Source: Candidatus Omnitrophota bacterium (GTDB lineage Bacteria > Omnitrophota > Gorgyraeia > Gygaellales > Profunditerraquicolaceae). Taken from it: DNA of 64,000 bases. Position 1 is the first letter of the stretch. Each line of letters begins with the position of its first letter. The position numbers and the translations under genes are program-made. The notes under the pieces are model-generated. The model was not told the origin of the DNA. It made no database searches and was given only the letters and a program-made list of their open reading frames with translations. The DNA lies in the NCBI GenBank assembly GCA_029561735.1, contig JAKQWZ010000064.1, positions 3,583-67,582 on the forward strand, given 5' to 3'. This document shows, one piece after another, positions 34,348-41,426 of this stretch.

Positions 34348-35256
34348 TTAAAATTTATGGCTTATCAGATACCGGAATGCGGACAACAAAGCCTTGGATC
34401 CCTCTCCTGCGGCAATAATTATCTGTTTTTCCGGGACATCAGTCACGTCTCCGGCGGAAAATATTCCCTCTACGCTGGTATTATTACGCGCATCAACCAT
34501 TATCTCGCCTGCTTCATTGCGTTTTACCAGAGAGGCAAAATCCGAATTCGGAATTAACCCTATTTCTACAAAAATCCCCGATACGGCAAGCGTCATTGGC
34601 TTTCCCTGAAAATCTATTTCTATGGCTTTAACAAATTTATCTCCATTAATGCGTTTTACAGCCGAGCTGTTAAAGACGGTGGCGTTCGGGGATTCTTTTA
34701 GAGTATCAATCATTACCGGATCGCCGGTCAACTCAGGCGAAATATTAATGATATTTACCCGGGAACAGATCTTAACCAGTTGCAATGCCGCATCCAAAGC
34801 AGAATTACCGCCGCCGATAACAGCTACATCCTTGCCCTGGAATAAAGGCCCATCGCATGTAGCGCAATACGTAAGGCCGAGGTTTTTATATTCTTTTTCT
34901 CCCGGGATATTTAATTCCCGCGACCTTTTACCTGAAGCAATTATCAGGGCCTTAGCCTGATACTGTGCTTGGCCGGTCTTTACCTTTATAATATTGCCGG
35001 ATTTAGACAGCTCTGTTACGGCTTCGTTCTCTTTTAAATTAATCTCGAATTTCCGCAGGTGTTCTTCAAACTTGGCGACCAATTCCGGCCCGGAAACAAA
35101 CTGATAACCGGTATAATTCTCTATATCGCCGCTCCAGGCAGTCTGGCCCCCTATATCCCGGCTGATCAGGATAAAATTCATTTTTTTGCGCGCGGCATAT
35201 ATAGCAGCGGTGATGCCGGCGGGGCCGGCGCCTATAATTATCAAATCGTAGATCAT
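34348..35256 (-). CDS. trxB: Thioredoxin-disulfide reductase
   Basis: 302 aa. GAGPAGITAAIYA, redox-active CATCDG and a second GGGNSA dinucleotide motif. Confidence 0.9.
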   Translation of the reverse strand: MIYDLIIIGAGPAGITAAIYAARKKMNFILISRDIGGQTAWSGDIENYTGYQFVSGPELVAKFEEHLRKFEINLKENEAVTELSKSGNIIKVKTGQAQYQAKALIIASGKRSRELNIPGEKEYKNLGLTYCATCDGPLFQGKDVAVIGGGNSALDAALQLVKICSRVNIINISPELTGDPVMIDTLKESPNATVFNSSAVKRINGDKFVKAIEIDFQGKPMTLAVSGIFVEIGLIPNSDFASLVKRNEAGEIMVDARNNTSVEGIFSAGDVTDVPEKQIIIAAGEGSKALLSAFRYLISHKF

Positions 35257-35489
35257 AACCCCAATGCTTTGGTGATTTTTTCCCGGTCAAAACCCACAAT
35301 AATCTCGCCTTCTATATCAAGTACAGGAACCCCCATCTGGCCGGACTTTTTGACCATCTCATCCGCAGCCTGCTGATCAGAAGAAACATCTATATCTTTA
35401 TAGGCTATTTTATTATCTCTTAAAAACTGCTTAACCCTGATGCAATAAGGGCACGTGGTAGTACTATAAACAGTAATCTGTTTTGGCAT
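35253..35489 (-). CDS. Glutaredoxin-like protein (NrdH/Grx family)
   Basis: 78 aa. TCPYC active site and GVPVL motif. It overlaps trxB by 4 nt. Confidence 0.85.
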   Translation of the reverse strand: MPKQITVYSTTTCPYCIRVKQFLRDNKIAYKDIDVSSDQQAADEMVKKSGQMGVPVLDIEGEIIVGFDREKITKALGL

Positions 35490-35503
35490 AAATCCCTCCC
35501 CTG

Positions 35504-35983
35504 TTATTTAAGTTTATCTTTCAGGCCTAAGAGCATCATCAGGTGTTCCTGTTCCCGGGCAATTAAATCGTTAATTATTTTCAAGTCTGACTCCGGGATC
35601 ATCTTCTTCATGCCGTCATAAAAAATTATTGAATCTTTTTCAAACTTTATGCCCAGGTCAACCGCATCAGCTTCATTTTTTGCGGATTTTGCGATTTCCT
35701 CGCCTTTATCTTTCTGGGTAAATATATATTCCGCGGCCAGGGATTTCATATATGCCGCATAATCATCGGCATAAACAGGGGCAGGCTCATATTTTTGAAC
35801 AGAATCCAGTATTTGCTGAAAAATAGCTATATGCTTCTGCTCTTCCGAAGCCAGAAATAGAAAAATTTCTTTGGCCTTGGCGTCTTGAGAAACAGCCGCA
35901 ACAGCATCGTAGAAATCCTTGCCGTTTTTTTCAATCTGGATACCTAATTCCACTATTTCGCTGCCAATAAAAATATTGCCCAT
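35504..35983 (-). CDS. Ferritin-like diiron protein (erythrin/rubrerythrin-family four-helix bundle without a rubredoxin domain)
   Basis: 159 aa with ExxH motifs (SEEQKH, REQEH) in two helix pairs. Confidence 0.7.
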   Translation of the reverse strand: MGNIFIGSEIVELGIQIEKNGKDFYDAVAAVSQDAKAKEIFLFLASEEQKHIAIFQQILDSVQKYEPAPVYADDYAAYMKSLAAEYIFTQKDKGEEIAKSAKNEADAVDLGIKFEKDSIIFYDGMKKMIPESDLKIINDLIAREQEHLMMLLGLKDKLK

Positions 35984-35993
35984 ATAAGGGTCC

Positions 35994-36455
35994 TCACTTT
36001 AAATGGTGCGGGGTCAGGTCAACTATGTGTTCAACATCCATAGCTATCAGGTATTTAGGCTTAGGCAATGCCGCCTCCGGATGCCTGGGATGGCCTTTTT
36101 CCTGCCGCAAATTTTTTAAGACACGCTGGGTTATGCGCCCGGATATACGCTCTTCCCATGCAGCATTAATCTCTTTATCCAGATCCTGCACAGCCACAAC
36201 TTTTGCCCTGCCTTTCAGGCAATAGCCTTTAAACCTGTGTTCATCAACTGCGGTAATTGAGATATTATCATTATTCTGCAGGTTTTTGAAAGTGTGCTCC
36301 TTATAAACATCAAGTAAGTAAATCTTGCCTTCCTGGGTTATCTTTACGATGCCCTTGCAGGAACAATGCAGGCTGCCTGCCGGATCGCAGGTTATCACTA
36401 TAACAAACCCCTGCTTTTGAAAAAAATCAGCAACGTCATCAGACAACTTTAACAT
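35994..36455 (-). CDS. Pyridoxamine 5'-phosphate oxidase-like FMN-binding split-barrel protein
   Basis: 153 aa. The pattern of beta-barrel segments fits the PNPOx-like family. The call is moderate. Confidence 0.55.
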   Translation of the reverse strand: MLKLSDDVADFFQKQGFVIVITCDPAGSLHCSCKGIVKITQEGKIYLLDVYKEHTFKNLQNNDNISITAVDEHRFKGYCLKGRAKVVAVQDLDKEINAAWEERISGRITQRVLKNLRQEKGHPRHPEAALPKPKYLIAMDVEHIVDLTPHHLK

Positions 36456-36457
36456 AT

Positions 36458-36616
36458 TCAGACCTTCTCAAACATATCCTTGGTAACTCCGCACTCGGGG
36501 CATACCCAGCTATCCGGTAAAGATGCAAAAGAAGTGCCGGGCTGAATACCCTGCGAAGGATCCCCCACTGCCGGATCATAAATATACCCGCAAACAGTAC
36601 AACGGTATTTATCCAT
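36458..36616 (-). CDS. Rubredoxin (unannotated in the ORF track)
   Basis: Hand translation gives [52 protein letters not shown]. Canonical CxxCG...CPxCG motifs are present. The SD AAGGAGG lies 6 nt upstream. Confidence 0.9.
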   Translation of the reverse strand: MDKYRCTVCGYIYDPAVGDPSQGIQPGTSFASLPDSWVCPECGVTKDMFEKV

Positions 36617-36694
36617 TTTGTCCCTCCTTAACAAACTGCGCCTCGCACCAATTGGAATAAAGCAATTGAATCTCCAGCCAATGCGAGGGTAAAC

Positions 36695-36742
36695 TTATTT
36701 TTTCTTTTTTTTCTTTTTTGCCCCGCACTTTCCGCAACTCAT
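36695..36742 (-). CDS. Candidate 15-codon mini-ORF MSCGKCGAKKKKKKK (speculative)
   Basis: The ATG is preceded by AGAGGGGG. The ORF encodes a CxxC motif followed by seven Lys codons forming a 21 nt A-rich run. The same run reads as a T-tract after a hairpin on the plus strand, which is an alternative explanation. Confidence 0.2.
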   Translation of the reverse strand: MSCGKCGAKKKKKKK

Positions 36743-36763
36743 AATCATACCCCCTCTTTTGCC

Positions 36764-37159
36764 CTACTCCAGCTCCAGATTCCTGGAGCTTTGCCAGATA
36801 CCATGAATATTACAATAAGAAGAAGCTAAAATAACCCCAGGTTTATCTGTTTTTAAATTTATTACAGCTTCAGATTGTGTAAACACAGTACTGGTATTAG
36901 GGCCCTGGACTGATTCTCCGTGAGCATTAAACTCAATTCTTGCTAGCTGATAAGGAAATTTTTCCCCTTCCGGAAGGAAATAGGCTTCAATCCAGCGTAT
37001 ATGATGTTCGGTGGTATTGGGATGCGGGATTTGCCTGCCGACACAAAGCTTAATTTCTATTGGCTCTGATTTTTTTGCTTTCTGGGGAGCGTCTATTACC
37101 GGAACATGTTTTTCTTTAGCCCAGTCTGCGCTCTGAAACAAATCCTTTAGCTCTGCCAT
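36764..37159 (-). CDS. Superoxide reductase, 1Fe-SOR (neelaredoxin class)
   Basis: ATG at 37159 follows the SD AAGGAGGG. EKHVPVI, HPNTTEHHIRW and CNIHGIW supply the 4 His + Cys ligands of the catalytic iron centre. There is no N-terminal desulforedoxin domain. Confidence 0.85.
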   Translation of the reverse strand: MAELKDLFQSADWAKEKHVPVIDAPQKAKKSEPIEIKLCVGRQIPHPNTTEHHIRWIEAYFLPEGEKFPYQLARIEFNAHGESVQGPNTSTVFTQSEAVINLKTDKPGVILASSYCNIHGIWQSSRNLELE

Positions 37160-37175
37160 ATAACCCTCCTTGCAT

Positions 37176-37217
37176 AAAAAGCGCACACCGGCGCAACATT
37201 CTTTAAGCGCCGGGTGT
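37176..37217 (-). terminator. Intrinsic terminator/attenuator between the flavodiiron and SOR genes
   Basis: Minus strand ACACCCGGCGC-N13-GCGCCGGTGTG followed by CGCTTTTTAT. It begins at the FDP stop codon. Confidence 0.6.
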
Positions 37218-38410
37218 TATTTGATTTTTGAAGCAAATGCCTTACCGAAATCAAAACACCTGTTCAGGTCAGCCGGATCAGGCGCATAAACCAGGCCTAA
37301 CGATTCCTGGGCTATTTCAAGGCCGGCTTCCTTAAGCACTCCCTCAATTTCTTTGGCTGCTCCGCCAGCCCATCCAAAAGATCCGAATACCGCAGTGACC
37401 CTGTTTTTTGGTTTCAAGCCCTTAAGAAATTCTAGGAAACCGGCAATACCGGGTAGCATATCGTTGTCATGGGTAGAAGAACCGAAAATAAACCCCTTAG
37501 CTTCCAGCATCTCTTTAATTATCTCACTCCGGTCTGAAATTGCCACATCAAAAAGTTTTACTTCTATCCCTGATTCAAGCAGGCCATCAACGATCTTTTT
37601 GGCCATTTTTTCGGTTGAACCCCACATAGTTTCATAAACTATAACAACTTTGGGCTTGACTGTATTTTTTGCCCAGGAAATATAGGCATTAATAATTTTC
37701 AAGGGGTCTTTACGCCAGATTATTCCGTGGCTGGGAGCGATCATCTTAACCGGAATGTTCATTTTTTGTATTTCTTCTATCTTTTTCAGGATTACAGTTC
37801 CCAGCGGCCAGAGGATATTGCCGTAATATTTTTGCGCCTCATCCATAAGCTCACACTCGCTTACTTCATCGTCAAACCTCTGGCTGGTTGCATAATGCTG
37901 CCCAAAGGCGTCATTAGGCAAAAGCAATTCTTCCTGCGGGCAATAAGTAAACATGCTATCCGGCCAGTGGATCATCGGGGCTTCAATAAATTTAAGCGTA
38001 CGCCTGCCAAGTTTTAATTCATCACCGGTTTTAATAATCTGGAAATCCCAATCCCCGTAATAATAACGAAAAAGACCTTCTTTGCATTTTTGCGTACAGT
38101 ATATTTTAGCTTTAGGACAAAGCATCATAATTTCCGGTAGGGCCTGAGTATGATCAGGCTCAACATGATTAACTACAATATAATCTATTTTTTCAGGCGG
38201 CACTACTGACTTGATCTTCTCAATAAAATCCCGGGAAAAAGCCCCTAGCACAGCATCAATCAACACGGTCTTTTCATCTTTAATCAAATAAGAATTATAT
38301 GTAGAGCCCCTGTTAGTGGAATAGGTGTGCCCGTGGAACGTCCTAAGGTTCCAGTCAACTGCCCCTACCCAAAATATATCTTTTTTTATCTCAACAGCAT
38401 TCATGATCAA
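37217..38410 (-). CDS. Flavodiiron protein (class A, rubredoxin:oxygen/NO oxidoreductase type)
   Basis: 397 aa. A metallo-beta-lactamase-like domain with HVEPDH is followed by a C-terminal flavodoxin domain (VVIVYETMWGSTEKMA). Confidence 0.9.
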   Translation of the reverse strand: MIMNAVEIKKDIFWVGAVDWNLRTFHGHTYSTNRGSTYNSYLIKDEKTVLIDAVLGAFSRDFIEKIKSVVPPEKIDYIVVNHVEPDHTQALPEIMMLCPKAKIYCTQKCKEGLFRYYYGDWDFQIIKTGDELKLGRRTLKFIEAPMIHWPDSMFTYCPQEELLLPNDAFGQHYATSQRFDDEVSECELMDEAQKYYGNILWPLGTVILKKIEEIQKMNIPVKMIAPSHGIIWRKDPLKIINAYISWAKNTVKPKVVIVYETMWGSTEKMAKKIVDGLLESGIEVKLFDVAISDRSEIIKEMLEAKGFIFGSSTHDNDMLPGIAGFLEFLKGLKPKNRVTAVFGSFGWAGGAAKEIEGVLKEAGLEIAQESLGLVYAPDPADLNRCFDFGKAFASKIK

Positions 38411-38422
38411 CCTGCCCCTCCC

Positions 38423-39133
38423 CTAATACCCGATAAAGCTTTCGGTTTTGATCTGTTCTTTTGCTGCGCCGATAGACTGCGTCAGCTCTTTCATCGCTTC
38501 AACCATTTTCGGCGGGCCGAAAATAAAGAACTCCCAACCCTCCACCCGGGGGAATTTTTCCGCCAGCAAATCTTTGCTCAACCTGCCAAAGATACAAGCC
38601 TTATCCACAGGCTGACAATCAGTCACTATATAATATACTTTTAGATTGGGATTTTCGCAACGCCAATTATTCAGTTCCTGCTTAAAAGCGATCTCTTCCT
38701 CGGTGCGGTTGGAATAAACAAGCGTAATATTAGTGCCGAGCTCTTTCTGGGCCACATATTCAAGGATAGAGATTATCGGAGTTATGCCGATCCCTCCGAT
38801 GATAAAACCTATGTTCTTATAATCAGCGCAAAAGACGCACGTGCCAAGCGCGGCTTCGAAGAAAATATCATCTCCGGGTTTTAAACTACAAAGCCTTTGG
38901 CAGAAGGGGCTCTGGCTAATCCTTTTGGTCACTTCAATATAATCGTTGAGAGGAGAAGAAGAAAATGAAAGGTATTTATTCAGCTCTTTATTCTGCGGGC
39001 TGGCCGGGTCAAATATAAGCCTTAAAAACTGCCCCGGGGTAAAATCAACCTTCTCCTGCGGTAAAAAGCGAAAGCTTTTTACCGTAGGGGTGCGGTCAAT
39101 AACCTGCATTAATTTGGCTTTATACAGCTTCAA
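38423..39133 (-). CDS. FNR-like FAD/NAD(P)-binding oxidoreductase
   Basis: 236 aa. TTG start after the SD GGGAGGGGG. Motifs are YLSFSSSP (RxYS-like) and FIIGGIGITP. Confidence 0.75.
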   Translation of the reverse strand: MKLYKAKLMQVIDRTPTVKSFRFLPQEKVDFTPGQFLRLIFDPASPQNKELNKYLSFSSSPLNDYIEVTKRISQSPFCQRLCSLKPGDDIFFEAALGTCVFCADYKNIGFIIGGIGITPIISILEYVAQKELGTNITLVYSNRTEEEIAFKQELNNWRCENPNLKVYYIVTDCQPVDKACIFGRLSKDLLAEKFPRVEGWEFFIFGPPKMVEAMKELTQSIGAAKEQIKTESFIGY

Positions 39134-39227
39134 GCAACCCCCTCCCTGAATAGCTGAATGACAAGTTATTATAAACTGATTATTGGATTTAGTAAAGTGT
39201 CAAAATTACCCTAAAATCGGCCTTTTT

Positions 39228-40520
39228 CTACCTGCCTTGAAGCATATCCTGCATATCTTGTTTTGCCGTATTGATAAGTTTCAAGCCGAATTTATCCTGA
39301 ACAACTTTAAACACATTCGGGGTTAAGAATGCCGGAGCCGAAGGCCCCAGGCGCATATTCTTAACATCCAGGGATAGCAAAGTCAATAGTATAGCCACTG
39401 CCTTTTGTTCAAACCAGGATAACACTATTGATAGCGGTAGCTCGTTTACCGAACAATTAAAGGCTTTGGCCAAAGCCAATGCAACCTGTATGGCTGAATA
39501 GGCGTTATTGCACTGGCCGATATCAATCAAACGCGGAATGCCCTCGATATTACCAAAATCAATTTTGTTAAAACGGTATTTACCGCAAGCCAGAGTCAAT
39601 ATAACGCAATCTTTAGGAACAGCCTCAGCCAGTTCCGTGTAATAATTGCGGCCGGGTTTTGCTCCATCACAACCTCCGATCAAAAAGAACCGTTTTATTT
39701 TGCCGCCCTTTACCGCAGCAATAATCTTATCTGCTAATCCCAGGATAGCGGTGTGATGAAAACCGGTCATAATCTTCTTTCCCGGAGTTTCGGGTAAAGC
39801 AGGCAAAGATTTTGCTTTTTCAATCAAATCCTTAAAATCCCTTCCCTTAATATGACTGGCGCCTTCAACCGAAGAAATCCCGATAGTGAATATCCTGTCC
39901 AAATAAGTTCCGGGCGGCGGGATCATTACGCAGTTGCTAGTAACTAAGATCGCTCCCTTGAATTCGTTGAATTCTTTCTTTTGCTCCTGCCAGGCTCCTC
40001 CGTAATTTCCAACAAGATGTCTAAATTTCTTTAATTCTGGATAACCATGGGCAGGAAGCATTTCACCGTGCGTATAAACATTAATACCGGTACCTTCTGT
40101 CTGCTTAAGCAACTCATAAAGATCCAGCAGGTCATGACCTGTGACCAATATGCCGGGGCCAATTCTAGTACCGGTATCCACTTCGGTCGGGACAGGATTA
40201 CCGAATCTCTGGGTATGCGCCTTATCCAGCAATTCCATGACTTTAAGATTTACCTGGCCGCATTTCAACGCCAAATTAATATAATCATTAAGGTCAAAAC
40301 TGACGTTGGTTAGCGTCTTAAATAACGCCTCATGCATAAAGGCATCTACAACCTCATCTTTGGCGCCAAGCTCTCTGGCATGATACGCATATGCGGCAAT
40401 ACCTTTTGCTCCGAATAGAATAAGGTCCTGCAAACTCTGGATATCCGGGCTCTTACCGCATACCCCGGATTTAGTGCAACCCGTGCCGCCTGCTGTCTGC
40501 TCGCATTGATAACAAAACAT
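39228..40520 (-). CDS. hcp: Hybrid cluster protein / hydroxylamine reductase, short (class III-like) form
   Basis: ATG at 40520 follows AAGGAGG. The N-terminus MFCYQCEQTAGGTGCTKSGVCGK carries the Cys motif. The protein is about 430 aa. Confidence 0.85.
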   Translation of the reverse strand: MFCYQCEQTAGGTGCTKSGVCGKSPDIQSLQDLILFGAKGIAAYAYHARELGAKDEVVDAFMHEALFKTLTNVSFDLNDYINLALKCGQVNLKVMELLDKAHTQRFGNPVPTEVDTGTRIGPGILVTGHDLLDLYELLKQTEGTGINVYTHGEMLPAHGYPELKKFRHLVGNYGGAWQEQKKEFNEFKGAILVTSNCVMIPPPGTYLDRIFTIGISSVEGASHIKGRDFKDLIEKAKSLPALPETPGKKIMTGFHHTAILGLADKIIAAVKGGKIKRFFLIGGCDGAKPGRNYYTELAEAVPKDCVILTLACGKYRFNKIDFGNIEGIPRLIDIGQCNNAYSAIQVALALAKAFNCSVNELPLSIVLSWFEQKAVAILLTLLSLDVKNMRLGPSAPAFLTPNVFKVVQDKFGLKLINTAKQDMQDMLQGR

Positions 40521-40633
40521 AATTTTCCTCCTTGGGCAGAAAGCCCACGCCAAACTATCAGCCCAGCATGGGCGCACTTGGCAATCCTTTATGCCAAGAT
40601 GCCTTTAAGTTTGGGCGCTAGTTATTCCACCTT

Positions 40634-40834
40634 TTAGTATCCAAGGCATTCTTTGGCTGCCTTACACCATTTTGCGCAGGATTGCGGCATCTGTCTGTAG
40701 ATCCTTGTTCCGCATTCAGGACAACGCACTCCGGGCTCATCGGAAAAAATCTCCGCATTATAGCCGCAGAAATTACAGGTTATAATTTCGGCCTTTATTT
40801 TGCGGCTATCTTGCCCCGGGCATTTATTTAACAT
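40634..40834 (-). CDS. Small Cys-rich zinc-ribbon-like protein
   Basis: 66 aa with CNFCG...CPECG plus C-terminal SCAKWCKAAKEC. It overlaps the Rrf2 gene end by 11 nt. Confidence 0.55.
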   Translation of the reverse strand: MLNKCPGQDSRKIKAEIITCNFCGYNAEIFSDEPGVRCPECGTRIYRQMPQSCAKWCKAAKECLGY

Positions 40835-41246
40835 TGGCTTTTTTGCTTGCTTTCATTAAAACACTCAATGTAACACGCTTAAATTGACTATAAGCAAATT
40901 CCTCAATCTTGATTATTCTCTTTCTTAAAGCACAGCTCTTTACATTGGGGCAGGGTGACTTCTTAAACATGCATTTATTTATCTTAAGCCCCCCCTGAAA
41001 AATTCTTATCAGGTCTAACAGAAATATTTTATCTGCCGGCCTTGCCAAGATAAAACCCCCGCCTGTACCCTTATGAGACAAAAGTATATTATGCTGGTTT
41101 AACACCTGGAGTATCTTCCTTAAAAACTGCCGGGGTATGCGCAGCTTATTGACCAGCTCCGGCACAGATACTGTCCTTTGGCGTTGAGCTGCAATATAAC
41201 AGGCAGCCCTTAAAGCATAATCGGTATTCCTGGTTATAAGCTTCAT
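40824..41246 (-). CDS. Rrf2-family transcriptional regulator (NsrR/IscR-like)
   Basis: 140 aa. N-terminal wHTH (TDYALRAACYIA) and a Cys triad (CMFKKSPCPNVKSC). Confidence 0.85.
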   Translation of the reverse strand: MKLITRNTDYALRAACYIAAQRQRTVSVPELVNKLRIPRQFLRKILQVLNQHNILLSHKGTGGGFILARPADKIFLLDLIRIFQGGLKINKCMFKKSPCPNVKSCALRKRIIKIEEFAYSQFKRVTLSVLMKASKKANVK

Positions 41247-41286
41247 TTTATTTCTTATTATATTAAGACGGTTGGGCAGTTTAACG

Positions 41287-41364
41287 TCATGCCCGGGACT
41301 TGGTACCGCAGCCCTCTTTACAATGAGCTACGGGGCGAAGCATATACTTGATAGTAATATCCAT
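41287..41364 (-). CDS. Candidate 25-codon leader ORF MDITIKYMLRPVAHCKEGCGTKSRA (speculative)
   Basis: The ATG is preceded by AGGAGG at 6 nt spacing and lies directly downstream of the promoter at 41382-41409. There is no homology evidence. Confidence 0.3.
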   Translation of the reverse strand: MDITIKYMLRPVAHCKEGCGTKSRA

Positions 41365-41381
41365 AGCCACCTCCTGGTGTA

Positions 41382-41409
41382 ATGATACCATAATAGTATC
41401 ATTTGTCAA
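41382..41409 (-). promoter_or_regulatory. Sigma-70-type promoter overlapped by a 7-7-7 palindrome (candidate Rrf2 operator)
   Basis: Minus strand TTGACA-16 nt-TATCAT. ATGATAC-N7-GTATCAT (41382-41402) covers the -10 element and the spacer. Confidence 0.6.
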
Positions 41410-41426
41410 CAAAAAATTTTATTTTT

